From the NCBI RefSeq assembly GCF_009914755.1, contig NC_060935.1: a stretch of 64,000 nt of DNA; one strand, 5' to 3'. The position numbers were made by a program, and so were the translations under genes. Positions 1 to 64,000 of this stretch are shown here, piece after piece; positions within the stretch are counted from its first letter, which is position 1, and every line of letters starts with the position of its first letter. This DNA comes from the human T2T-CHM13v2.0 reference genome, Homo sapiens. The notes under the pieces were generated by a model. The model saw only the letters and a program-made list of their open reading frames with translations. It searched no databases and was not told the origin of the DNA.

Positions 1-82
1 CCACTTCGCAGGTGAAGAACTGATCATTTACAGTGAGTTTAAACAGAAGAGGGGAAATCATGTTTAAAAAAAAGAAAGAGTT

Positions 83-978
<896 letters not shown>

Positions 979-992
979 AATAGCAAGAGCAA

Positions 993-1273
<281 letters not shown>

Positions 1274-1943
1274 AGACAGAAATGAGACAAAGGGAAGAGA
1301 AGATAGGGTCCAGCAGACAAAATGAGAGTGAACAGAAGTTCCTGCAGTCAATGGCCTGAGAAACTGAGGTTCTGAAGGGTAAGGGACTTGGTCAACATAA
1401 TCCAGCTAGGATTTGAATCTGCCTCTAAGCTTCCTGGCAGCAAGAGTTAGCAACTCTGTTGTTTAGGAGAAAGCTGCGTGACTATTCTTGACCCAAAGAT
1501 AGATAGATAGAGGCGAAACTGCTTCCGTGAGGTCTCACAGGGAGGACACAGCCACGTAGTTATTGGCTCTAAGGCAACAAGCTTCACAGGGCAGTTGCTA
1601 TCAGCGTAGCTGAGTGCACCCTGCCAATGTGCCACTCCTTGCAGCCAGCTCTCCAGGGACCAGAACAGCCCACTGGGGACAGGGTGAGGGTGTGTGTGAC
1701 TCTCCAGTGGTATGGCTTATGCCGGGGACCATCTCACAGGGTCTGGGACCTCTGTGAAGCCCCATTATTTGATTCTTAGCTGGGTTTCGGGGGGTGGCTG
1801 TGAGGTCAATGTCATGTACTTTCATGGACCCAGATGATGCGTGGAGTGTGGGATTGGGCTAGGGGAACCAGATGCTCAGCCAGCCACTGAGCTGGGCAGC
1901 TGACATCCTTTCAGGGCAAGTGGCAATCCATTTCTTCATCAGC

Positions 1944-2369
1944 CAGGAAGGGCACTGGTGTTGAGGCCGACATACTTATCAAGAACAGTAACTACCATGG
2001 TTTCCAGTGCTTTCATGAAACCTCAGACATGTGGCCTTCTGGCCACACATCTGCAATTTCATATTGTGGGAGCATTCACTGTATCCCTGGGGGCTGCGGC
2101 TCTCTCAGTTTGCAGGGGCTGGACCAAGAAAGAAGGCATTTCAGATTTCTATGGGCACAGATGTCTACAGAAGTTATGATGCCATGAAATACTTCGAGGA
2201 GATGAGGAAGGCTGCTATCTCTCAGAATGCAAAGTGATTTTGGAATATGAAGAATTTCTTTGGGTTGAATTACTTAGAAGTTTGTCACTGACCTGAACTA
2301 TTCATGAATATATGGGCTAATAAGTAGTTTCTCTTCATAAATAATTAACAAATTCTTTGGATAAAAAAA
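1944..2369 (+). pseudogene. Processed pseudogene of cytochrome c oxidase subunit 6C, antisense in MAP3K11 intron 8
   Basis: Intronless. ATG at 1997 gives [32 protein letters not shown]; after a frameshift it continues [25 protein letters not shown] (TGA 2235-2237), matching the COX6C family. It has a small internal duplication (cagatttcta..cagatgtcta), COX6C-like UTR sequence and an A-rich end. Confidence 0.9.
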
Positions 2370-3919
2370 CATGGGGCAAGCTTGAGAACGATGGGGCCCA
2401 GGCCCCTTGTGCCCCTGCTTCTGGGAGCTGAGGGCCAGAGAGTTCTGTGGAACAGTCAGGACCTGCTTCAGCCTACACACCTGGGTTGACAGGCTCTCAA
2501 GTTCTCCTTTGGCCCATCTGGCCTGGTACAATTTAGAGCAAGTGAATTCAAGAAGCCTCCTTGGCCTTCCAGCTCTCAGTTCAGTCCCTGCAGGACAGAT
2601 GCTGGGGGCAGTGCAGCTGCTGGAGTAGCAAATGGCGGGGCAGATGGAGGCCCAGGGCTCTGCCTCTGTGGTCAGACAGGCAAGAGCAGATCAAATCCCT
2701 GCTCTACTGGTTGCCTTACATCAAACCACTTAATCTCTCTGTGCCTCAGTTTTCTCTGTTGTAAAATGCAGGCCAATACTACTACTCCCCTCACAGAACT
2801 GCTTGGCACATAGAAGAGAACCAACAAAGGTTAGCTGTTGTTACAACTATCAAGTGTAGCTCAGGGAATGGAAGAGGCGATGGGCTGGGTGGGATGGGAG
2901 GAGTGAGTTTAAACGGCTTGCTGAACAGGACTCTTCTGAGAGCAGCTAAGCGGGTCCTACATTCTGGCTGTGAGCAGCAGGTGTGGGGGCTCTGAGGATG
3001 GTCCCTAGGTTGGCACAGGGACCCACAGGCAAGGGAGGCCATAACTCTCTGGCCTCACTCAGAGCTGGGCAGTGTTGAGCTGAGTGAGCCCTCCTCCCTG
3101 CAATGCTGGAGCCCTGCCTTCTGCCTGACCCTCTGGCTTCCTAAGCAGTCTATACGTGAGAAGCCCTTTCTTCAAGTGAAAGCTTCTGAGCTCACTACGA
3201 GAGCATTGGAGCTGAAGCCTCTCTGGGTTCAAATCCTCAGCTGGGGGTTTGAGGTAGGTTACTTCACCTCTCAGAGCCTCAGTTTCCTTATCTGCAAAAT
3301 GGGGTAATAGTAGCCCCTCTTCATCAATGCTTGGAGGGAATGCCTGGCACAGTAGGGCAGTTACCGTCATGGAGAACAGAAAGGCCCCGAGCTATCCTGG
3401 ATGTGGTGAGAATGGGTCCTGGATCCTGCCTGCTCGGCCTTCTCATTCTCTTCTTCACCTACAGGCTCCCAGAAGGGGCTCTGAGAAGCACAGTGTGGCT
3501 GACACTTGTTTGGCTCCACCCCACACAGGCTGATTCCTTCCCCCATCTGGGTCCAGCTTCCCTTGGGTACCAAATGCCAGGTGGGCTTCCTGTCTTTCTT
3601 TTCTCCCTGGAGCCTGCTAAAGGCACAGGGGCTGCCATGGGGCCAGGGAAGAGGCTTCTTGCAGGCCAGGTCTGAGCAAGGGGATGAGACTCTGGGCCCC
3701 GAGCCGAGGCCTGGGCTGTATGCCGCTTGATCGTGGGCCTGTAGGTCAGACCTGGGTTCCAGGATCGGCTCTGTCTTGTCTCAGCCTTGGTTTCCTAGTC
3801 TCTAGAATGAGAGCAACCAGGGCAGGACTCCTGCTTTGCCTACTAGCCTATTGTGGCCTCCCCAAGGTGCCCACGGAAGGAGCTCAGCCAGATCCTGCCG
3901 GGGGAGGAAGGCCACTCAC

Positions 3920-12029
<8,110 letters not shown>

Positions 12030-12249
12030 TCAGCCCCAGACCCACGCCTCTCTGGGGAGCCAGGAGTGTTGTCTCCCGGCCCCCCGCATCTCGGGCTTCT
12101 GGAGGAGGGCACCCAGGGCAGTGTGGTCAGGCCGGGGGGGTGGGGCCCCGGGGCCTCCGGCGCCTCACCATGGCTAGCTTGGAGGGACCCGAGCTTCCCT
12201 CGGTTCTGGAGCAGTCCTGGGAGCCTGGCTCCGGCCCCCGCCAAGTGTA

Positions 12250-35148
<22,899 letters not shown>

Positions 35149-36149
35149 GCTACCTGGCGCCCACTGGACCACCTCCTAGGATTCAGTAACGGACCTGCTC
35201 TGCTGCCTCTCTGCTGGACCACAGAACTGAGTGGCTTTGGCCTACATGTCTGAACCCTGACCTTTGGCTGCCTTGGCCAGAGTACCAAAACTGAGTGACC
35301 CAGACCTCTGACCTTGACCCCTGATCTCTCTCATCCCCAGTCCAGGGCCTGGGCTCCCCAGATGGAGGCAGTCAGCCTCCCAGCCAGGCCCTAAGAGCCA
35401 AACCATGGGCTGGTCCCACTTGGAGCCTGTGGCCAGGACCACCTCAGCCCCTGGGCCTGCACTGCCTGCAGGTGTGGCCCCCTTGGCCTGGACCTGGGGC
35501 CTGAATTGTGGGAAGGGTGGTTTCTTTCTTTCCTTTTTTTTCTTTTCTTTTTTTTTTTTTTTTTTGTGCTTCGGAGACATCAGAATTAATAACACTATTT
35601 TTGATTTTGGTTGGCAGTTTCTTTTTCTACCTGGGAATGGGTACATGATAGTACAGGCGGCTAAGTTGGGATGGACAAGCACGCAGAGGGGTGAAGGATG
35701 TGGGGCTGAAGTCTAGTAGAGATCAAGGGCAGACCAAGGTGGGGTTCAGGTAGAACCGGGTCCTCTTCACCGCATGGCTGCTCCCTTTTCAAGCCTTTAT
35801 CTGAAGGGTATTGTCTGCCATTTCCCACCATATGGTCAGACTTCCAGGTCTGGTGGCTCCTACATTTATCAGGCTTGTTCTTGGCCAAAGCCTTTCTCTG
35901 CACCTCAGCTGCTCCAGGGCGTAAAGAGATGACACCTATCTAAGGTGTTTTTAGAATAAATGAGAGCGCGCTAGTGGAATGGTTGCCCAGGGCCCAGTGC
36001 TTAGCAAGTGCTCCATAAAATAGTGGCAGACTCTTGAGCACCTGCTGGCCGGGAGCTGGACGCTAGGTGGCCTCCGCTAGCCCTCCCGGTTGGTCTGGAA
36101 GGCAGGCACAAGTTTCTCAGGAGAGGAAATGGCCTTAGAATGAGCACTG

Positions 36150-36480
36150 CTCGGTGCTGACCTCCGCCAGGCCTGGAATCCCCGCTGCTGCGCTTCCCGC
36201 CGCAGACAGCTCCCGGCCGGCCCCGCCTCCCGGCATGGCCCCGCCTCCCAGCATGGCCCCGCCCCCAGGCGGAGCCGGCGCCGGGAGCGGTAGCGGGAGA
36301 GCGGCAGCGGGACCCCAGCGCGGGCGGCGGCGGCTGGGCGGGAGCCCCAGAGGTACTGGCGGGAGCAGGGGACGGGAGGCACTACTGTCGGGCCCGATAG
36401 GGGAGAGGTGGCCTAGCCGTGGGCCCGGGTGATGTGTATGGGAGTGGGGTCCTCGCCACGTTCGCCGCCAGCACCCTCCC
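36150..36480 (+). promoter_or_regulatory. SIPA1 CpG-island promoter and probable non-coding first exon (donor at 36353)
   Basis: CpG-rich; three 18-bp GC-box units ggccccgcc(t/c)cc.. at 36219-36270; AG|GTACTG donor. The next acceptor at 39000 precedes the SIPA1 ATG. Confidence 0.7.
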
Positions 36481-37207
36481 AACTTCCCTCCGGGCTCCAG
36501 CTCAGTCCCGAGTCAATATGTCCAGCCCCCTGTCTCTGACCAGCCGTTCCTACTCTCTCTGTGTGACGGCTTAGCCTGGCCAGCCAGCCGGTGAGTGGAA
36601 GCGGCGGCTCCTGACTCCTGGTGGCGGCACTGTGACCCCCTCCCCCTCAACACTGCAAGTGTGTGCGGGGCTCCCCCTTATTCTGAGGCTCCTCTTCTTC
36701 TTAGGCGGCCTCCACCCCAGTCCCTGGCCTGGCCTGGGAGGAAACATCTGTCGCGCCCCCTGGCAGCCGAAATGGGGTCATGACCTCCAGATGTGCTGGG
36801 AAGTGGCCAGCTCCTCCTCCTGGGGCAGCCAGGCCTTCCGGATCTGTGGGGGCGGGGCCGGCCCTTTCCCCCCACCCATAGTGACACAGGCCCGGAGGAA
36901 TGTCCTAGCCTCAATGGACCCTGTGTGAAGCTTCAGGGTGGGGGGCAGAGCCCGAGAACACCCCTCAAGGCAGCGCCAGAGCCTGGCACTGGGCCACAGC
37001 AAGAGGCAGCGCACAGGCTGGGTGCACACATGCACAGATCTCACTTCCAAGCGTGCAGAGCTCAGCCCACAAGGAGCGGGGCTTGCACAGATCCCCTCCC
37101 TCATGCCCTCCTACTCCTTCACACACTATAGCCCAGGCCCGAGCGCTGAATGTGCCCAGAGCTTGGCTCATGGAGCCAGGGGCTACACCCGTCACACACA
37201 CACATAG

Positions 37208-37578
<371 letters not shown>

Positions 37579-39091
37579 AGTTAACCCCATTTTAGAGATG
37601 AGAAAACAGAGGCTCAAGGTCAGCATGGGAGTTTATTCAGGAGAAATCAAGGTAGAAGCACCTGGGCTGGGGAGCCGACTCTTGCTTGGTTCTGGAGGCC
37701 CCAGACGAAGGGTGTGTGGAGCCCCTCCTCCACCCCCCTCCGGCCCAGCCCCGCATGATGTTGCTGGATGCTGCATGAAGACCCACCATTAGATGCCTGT
37801 ACCCCCAGTGGAGGTTCCCCAGCTCCCTGTCCTCACTGCCTACTCCATCCAGGGCTTGCCTGGGTGTGGCTTCCCTCAAGTTCTCACACCACCATTTGCA
37901 CCTGCCTCTGGCGTCACGTTTCCGCACTTAGCAGGTCCCTGGGGCTTTGGGTGTCTCAATCTTGCATCCTGTGAGACCTTGAACCTCAGCCCAACACCCA
38001 CCCCCCAAAACCTACGCACACAGACAGCAGTGGGCAGGTGCAGCCCTGCTTAGGGCCTGGAGATGGGCAGACCCAGGCTCACATCCTAGCTCTGACACGG
38101 AATTGCTTCAGGCAAGAGCATCTCCTCTGGACCTCATCTGACCATCTGTCACATGGGGTTCAGACCTCCCTGTCTGCATCAGTGAGACCAGGTAGGCAGA
38201 GGTCCCTATGGGTCCCTGTCATTGTGACTCCTCTTGCCCCCAAGCCTGGGCACAGTAGCCTGCAAGAAGGTGAGTTGGCCTGTCCTTCAGGGCAGGGTGA
38301 CTGGGGTCCCATGACAGCTGCTGTGACCCCAGCACCTTCCTCAGGATGTGGGGGCCTGGCAGAGGGCTGGGCCCACAGTTGGGGCTACTTCCTGTGCTGA
38401 AGGAAGTCCTCTTGCCATTCCTGCTGCCCTGCCGCTGCCTCCCTGGGAACCCATGTGTCCTTGTGGTATTGAGGCCTTGAGGTCCAGGGCACTGAGATCA
38501 GACCTCTCTGGGTGATCAGCTCTCCAGGGACCCTGAAGGAAGTGGGAGGGGCAGGGAGGAAGGTCTCTGGGGACAGGACGTCCTCCCTTTGTTAAGTGGG
38601 CAGGACCCAGACACCAGTGGCCCCTGGGTTTCCCGTCCCAGCCAATACAAGTCATCTGTCCGGTTGGGCTAGGTCCTGGTGGGACCCTTACTCTGGGCCC
38701 AGGCCAAAGCTAAGGTGTGTGGGTGGCGACTGGGGGACCCTGGCAGTCCCAGGGCTGCCCAGGCTCCAGGACCCTCAGGACCAAGACCCAACAGCCCAGC
38801 CTCTAGCCTTGCCCAGCTAAGCTGGGGAGGGGGCTGGAAACTTTAGCCCTAGGCAGACAAGGAAGTGGCCTGGAAAGCGGAAGCAGCTTTGATGGTCTCG
38901 GAGGGGGCCGGAAGCCAACACGGGTGGTGGAGGACCAGGCTGGGGGCCTGGGTTCCTGTTTTCTGCCCAGGCCCCTCTGAGCAGCCCCCTCCTCCTTCAG
39001 GGCAGGAACTGCTGCCACAACCTCAGGCTGGGCACCAAACACCCGTGCCCGCCAATGCGGCCCAGCCCCCGGAGAGTCAGGCCCACAGAGC

Positions 39092-48885
<9,794 letters not shown>

Positions 48886-49069
48886 GCCGTCTGGAACCAC
48901 CTGGGCCCCTGAGGGCACTGTGGTCACACTGGGCCCTCCTCAGGAACTCTCCCTGCGCAGAGGCGTGTCTTAGCACTGCCCCCCTCCCTAGCCCCTTATT
49001 TGGTGGCGGAAGTGGCCTCCACCCCTTCCCTGTTTGTAAATATTCTGTGGAGAAAAGAGGACTTCAGGG

Positions 49070-49075
49070 AGTAAA
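49070..49075 (+). terminator. Probable SIPA1 variant polyA signal AGTAAA
   Basis: Variant hexamer ~185 nt after the stop, followed by GT-rich tgtctgtgtctg; no + strand AATAAA nearby. Confidence 0.6.
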
Positions 49076-50549
49076 AAAGCCACTGATGTCTGTGTCTGAA
49101 CATGTGTCCAAGACAGGGCAGGGCAAGGGGTTTTGCCTCCAGAGGCCCCAGCCAAACTCCTCGGACCAGTCAGGACAGGCCCTGGGAACACTGGCTCAGA
49201 GATGGGCTGGCACTCACTGAGGGGTCCCTGAGGCCAGGCCACTGCTTGGCTTCTCTCCCATAACGTTTATTTGGTTCTGCAGGGAAGCAGGTGGCCACAC
49301 CCCACAGCTACCCTGGCCGTGCATCACAAGGCCCTGTGCCTCAGTGCAGGCCTCACTCTTCTCTCTGAAGCCACTGAGCCCCCAGGCCTTGTCCTCTCTC
49401 TACCCACCTGGCCACTTCTTGCAGGGCCCAATTCCAGAGGCGGTGGCATCTCCGCCTCAGTTGACTGGGGCTGTTTCTATGTCCTGGAGGAAACGGGCCC
49501 TTGACCCACTTCCCTCCTCACCAGCCTATGGTCCTCTCTGTTCCTCGCGAGGCCAGGCCTTTCCCCGAAGTGGCATCATCAAGTCCAAACTTGGGACTTT
49601 GTCTAAATCCTTTGGTTTCTGGACCTGAGGCCCAGATAGGGCAGACTTGCCCAGCATCTCATGCCTATTCCAGTCCCTTCCCTAGGCTGGCTGAAGCTCC
49701 ATGGTGAGACCTAGGCCCTGGGTCTGTTAACTTAGGTGCTGGCAGGATGAGCTAGGCTCGGAGAAACAGAGCATCTGAGGATCAGGAAGGCTTCATGGAG
49801 GAGGTAATATGAGGGCTGAGTTTTGAAGGCTGGGTAGGAGTTCACCAGGCAGAGACGTCAGAGGTATCCTGGTAGGACCAGTCTGGCTGAGGCCTGCTGG
49901 ACTAGAGCCAAGGCACACCCAGGAACCCAGCGTCAAAGAAGCCAGATCAGAAAGGGTTGTGAAGGTGCACTAGGGATCCTGGGTTAGCAGTTCCCAAGAC
50001 TGCCACTTTTTCCTGGTTGTGGACTAGTGTGGAAGGCTGTGGTCACTGAGGGTGTGTCTGCAGAAAACTCGGATCTGGTCTTGTGGTTGATGTTTGAAGG
50101 GAGATTGATGGGGTGAGATCTGGATGTCAGAGCTCTTTGGCTGCAGGGAGGCGGCTGTAGCCGCAGTCCAGTGGGAGGTCTAGTGGTGACTTAAACTCAG
50201 TGATAGCAGTGACAGTGGGGAGAAGTGGGCAGATTTTCCAGGACCTCGTGGAAGGACTGGACGCAAGTTACTAAGGGAAGAGGCGGCATCTACGGTAGTG
50301 GCCAGGTTTCCGGCTGGAGCCCTTGGAAGGTGGCAGGGCCAGGGCTGACAGGGAAAAGGAGAGGCAGGCTGGGGATGGCTGAGGTCATTTGGAACAGGAT
50401 GAGTTTGAGAGGCCCGAGGACGTCAGAGTGGAGATGTCCAGGGGCTGGTGCGCAGGGGAGAGAGATCTGGGTTGGATACGAGGACTTGGAGCTGCTGAGC
50501 CATGAGCATGATGGGGTCATTCACGAATGAGAGAAGAACCAGGAGAGGT

Positions 50550-51300
50550 CTTCGTGGGTCACGGGAGGTCGCGGGACCGAGAAAGCCAAGAGGAGGGAGG
50601 CGCAGCCTGGGCTGCAGGGCCTTGGCTCCCTGGTTTCCCTCTGGGCCTCGGGTCGCGGACCTCCGGTCGGGGTCCCTGCGCAGCTCAGCCGTCGGCTTCC
50701 TCAGCGTTAGGAGCCTTCTCACCCCGCCCGCTTCCTCCCCGACCCCGCCTCCCAGGCGCTCCCCGGCAGCTTCGCCCGGGTCCTGACCTGGCCACCGCGA
50801 GCCCGGGCTCCGCCCCTCGCGTGGGAGTTCCGCCGAGGCCCGCCCTCGCTCCAAGCCCCGCCCCTGGCCGCCCCCCCGGAGCCGGAGCCCCGTGGAAAAC
50901 GCCACTTCCTCGACGGAATTGGCCTGCCGTCTCGCCGGCGCCGCCCGTCGGAGCCTGCACCCAGGGCCTTTTCTGTTCCTAGGAGACTCGCTGAATTTTG
51001 GGACGCGTCCCGCTGACGATAACTCCTTTTCCCCTGCTATTGTCCTCCCGCGACGGTGCGAAGCCCAAACGAAGACGCCATCGGCCTCGGCGGGGATTTT
51101 CCCCAGACGCTGGACCCGGCCTCCGGTTGCTGCGGGCTCCTTGTGCGCCTGCGCAGTCGAGAAGGGGGCCCACGCCGGCCAGCGCTTTTTGCTGCTGCGC
51201 TTGCGCTGGGGCAAAGCGGAAGTACGTCCAGCTGTAGCCCTTGTGGGCTGCGGCTGGGCCTTTGTTTTGGCTTCCTGAGGCTGTGGATTGAAGATTTCAC
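50550..51300. promoter_or_regulatory. Orphan CpG island between the SIPA1 and RELA 3' ends
   Basis: Dense CpG; NRF1 TGCGCCTGCGCA 51144-51155; ETS GCGGAAGT 51216-51223; kB GGGATTTTCC 51093-51102; no coding exon. Confidence 0.75.
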
Positions 51301-51786
51301 CGTTCCTCCCAGAACAGAGTATCAAAGCATCGGTGGGCCGGGTAGATCTTTACCTGGCACCACACATTCCCCAAGAGAAGCACACACTCCCTGGGCCACC
51401 CAAGGAATTTGGCCCCATCACATCTTTCGAACATCGTTTCTCTTACCTCTGACGCTGGGTAGTCCCTCTTTGACATCCACTCTCAGCTGATCTAAGACCT
51501 GGAGCTAATGGGGCCTCTTGGAAGACTCCTGAAACTGCTCCATCCCCACAGCCAGCGGGCTCTACTAGGCTCTCAGTGTGCTAGGACTCTTGCCTTAGCT
51601 GCCCGTTTTCATCCACTGGACGGTAACTCGGGGTTTCCAAGGGCATTCTCAGACTGCAAGCTCTCAGAGGACAGTGCACGCATTCACCCAGCTCTCTACC
51701 ACCAATGTCTGGCCTGATGTGACTAGCAAAATGTGTGCTCAGTGTTTGCTGAAAAAAAGCGGATCTCTAGCCAGCTTGGCAACAGA

Positions 51787-51792
51787 TTTATT
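51787..51792 (-). terminator. RELA polyadenylation signal AATAAA
   Basis: TTTATT on +, about 760 nt past the RELA stop codon. Confidence 0.85.
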
Positions 51793-52547
51793 AGTTCAGA
51801 GTAGAAAGAGCAAGAGTCCAAGTGCTTTGATTGTTCAGTAAAAACTATGCCTCCTGACTGGAGAGCTGCCAGCCTGCTCTCCCCCACTCTTAACAACTTA
51901 CCCTACTATTAAGGCACTTGAGAAGAGGGAGAGCAAGGAAGTCCCAGACCAAACCCCTTCTGGATCCTGGAGAGAGCCAGTGCTGTTGCACTGGTTTCCT
52001 TCAGCCATGGTTGAGCAAGGAAAGAGCCGGCAGAGACCTCTGTAGGGCAGGAAGGCCAGCCCCTCAAACGCTGGTGTTAGGCACAGGGACAATGCCAGTG
52101 CCATACAGGGGCTGGTATCTGGGGCGTTATTTTGATTAAGCTGTAATGAATCCATGATGGAAGACACTTGATAAGGCTTTGTGGGCTCAAAGGCCTTACC
52201 TCCAGCCTGCTTCTGTCTCTAGGAGAGTACCAGAAGCTGGAGGATGGGGATGGGGGACCCCAGAGTTCCCTACAGAGAAGGGAGCTGACCATCAGGACAG
52301 GGGAAAAGTTTGAGTTTCCCCAGCTCCCCCCTTTCCAGAGAAGTTAATGCTTCTGCTTAAGCACCTCCAAAAAGAGAGAGAGATACAGATACTGACAATA
52401 AAAGAATAAAATATGGCTCCCCCCTCCAAGGAAGACATCCACAAAGTTGGGGGCAGTTGGAACACACCCCACCAGAATCCGTAAGTGCTTTTGGAGGGCT
52501 TCAATCCCCTGCAACCCAGTGCTCTGGGGAGGGCAGGCGTCACCCCC

Positions 52548-61002
<8,455 letters not shown>

Positions 61003-62434
61003 GGCCGGGGTCCCGGGGGCGGGGCCGGGGTCGCAGCTGGGCCCGCGGCGTGCACTACAGACGAGCCATTCGCCAGAGGCGGAAATGCGCCGCGCGGCCC
61101 GCCGTCGCGTCACTGCCCGGAATCCGGCCGCGCCTGCGCGCTGCCCCGCCGCCGCCCGGCGCAGGGGCCGGGAGCAAGTGCACGCCGCGCGGAGGACGAA
61201 GAGGCTGCACGCACAGCCGCTGCCGGGGGTCGGGGCCAAGTGCGCGCCTCGCCGAGGACGAAGAGGCTGGCGTGCCCGGTGGCTCGGCTAGCTCCCGGGT
61301 CCCGGCCCCGCCTGGAGGGTGGGTCCGCCGATTACTCACTTTGTTTTTAGGGGATTTCAGGGCCCCCTCCCGCCGATCGGCGGAGTTTGGTGATGTCACT
61401 CTGGGCCGGGTCTGGAGCAAAGCCAGGGCTACTGGGCTGCGGCCGCCCGCCCCGCGCAGGGAAAAGCCCGACCGGGCCTTCTGCTCCGCAGAGGCCGGGT
61501 GGTTGAACTCCGCGCGGGTTTCCTAACCGCTAAAGGTGCCTTTCGGTGGTGGCTGTCTCAGAAGCACGTTAAAATGTCCTACCCACCCCAATCTAGATGC
61601 GGCTGTGGGGGAATGGGAGCGGCCGGACCTCCCAGCCTGACAGTGCATCAAGAGCTTTGCGGAGCCTACAGCCCGGATGGGACGACTGAGGCCCTCCCGC
61701 TGGCGAGCTGGCCGAGGGCTCGTCCCTCTCCAGCTAAAGCGCCAGCTTACGATACAGCCAAACTGCCGGCTCTCATCGGCTGTGGGAGCAGGAGGCCCCC
61801 AGGGGTAAATCCCGGAGCCTCGTCTCTGAAGCCTGGCGCTTGTGTCTCAGAAGGTGCGGGACCCACAGGGACACTTGAATCAGCAGGCTCACGACCCCCC
61901 ACCCCCCTGCCCCCGCCTGTGTTTGCCCTGGACCTCCAGCTAGGGCTGACCACTAATTCTGTCATGTGACCCCACAGTGCAGGTAGCTCCCCCAAGACCA
62001 AGCCCAAGGCGCGTCCGTGTGGAGGCTGGGGCTGACGCACCCCCACCCCAGGCCTCATCCCCAAAGGAGGATGCTCCACTGCAGGGGGCGGAGTCTTCTC
62101 CAGATGGAGAAAGACTTTTTTATTTTCTCTGAATTCGTCTTAAATTAGGAAATCATGTGGGAATTGGAAAAGATTGGAAATTCTGACTTGTTTCCCAGGC
62201 TCTGAAGAAACAGGAAGAGAAAAGTGAAAATAGAGTTAGCACCCCGCCCACTCATTTCAGTTTCTCCAGTGGCTGGCCCTGATTAGAAAAGTGTTTACTT
62301 TTGGCAGGGGGCGGGGGAGGCCGACTTCAGGTGACAGAATGGATTAATTAAAATCTTTGGTTAATGATATACAATTATCATTGAACCTTGCATGGATCCT
62401 CTTCTTAAAATTCATGTATATTTATAACTTTTAA

Positions 62435-64000
<1,566 letters not shown>

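Noticed and set aside
50423-51325. 300-aa minus ORF over the orphan CpG island
   Set aside because: Low-complexity Arg/Gly/Pro content, no domain, and overlapping ORFs in other frames; typical of GC-rich stop-poor DNA.

Overview
Human (primate) gene-dense, GC-rich euchromatin recognisable as the 11q13.1 MAP3K11-PCNX3-SIPA1-RELA cluster. It contains: MAP3K11/MLK3 (- strand, coding exons 1-8; the last exons lie left of the window); a shared CpG-island promoter; complete PCNX3 (+, 35 coding exons, 2034 aa by my exon sum); complete SIPA1 (+, 15 coding exons, 1042 aa); and complete RELA/p65 (-, 11 exons, 551 aa) with its promoter. Also present are two intronic miRNA hairpins (MIR4690, MIR4489), an old COX6C processed pseudogene, many Alus (two nested) and MIR/L2/MER relics. 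The most unusual signal is a ~236-bp inverted, unspliced copy of PCNX3's own exon31-intron31-exon32 junction in intron 27. It could fold back onto both splice sites of intron 31 in the pre-mRNA, and an inverted Alu pair lies in the same intron. Other notable items: a U12-type intron with an atypical donor, a degenerate repeat carrying an AP-1 array in RELA intron 1, an orphan NRF1/ETS/kB CpG-island promoter behind RELA, a kB cluster in MAP3K11 intron 1, and uORF clusters. All alignments were done by hand and no database searches were run, so novelty is unverified.
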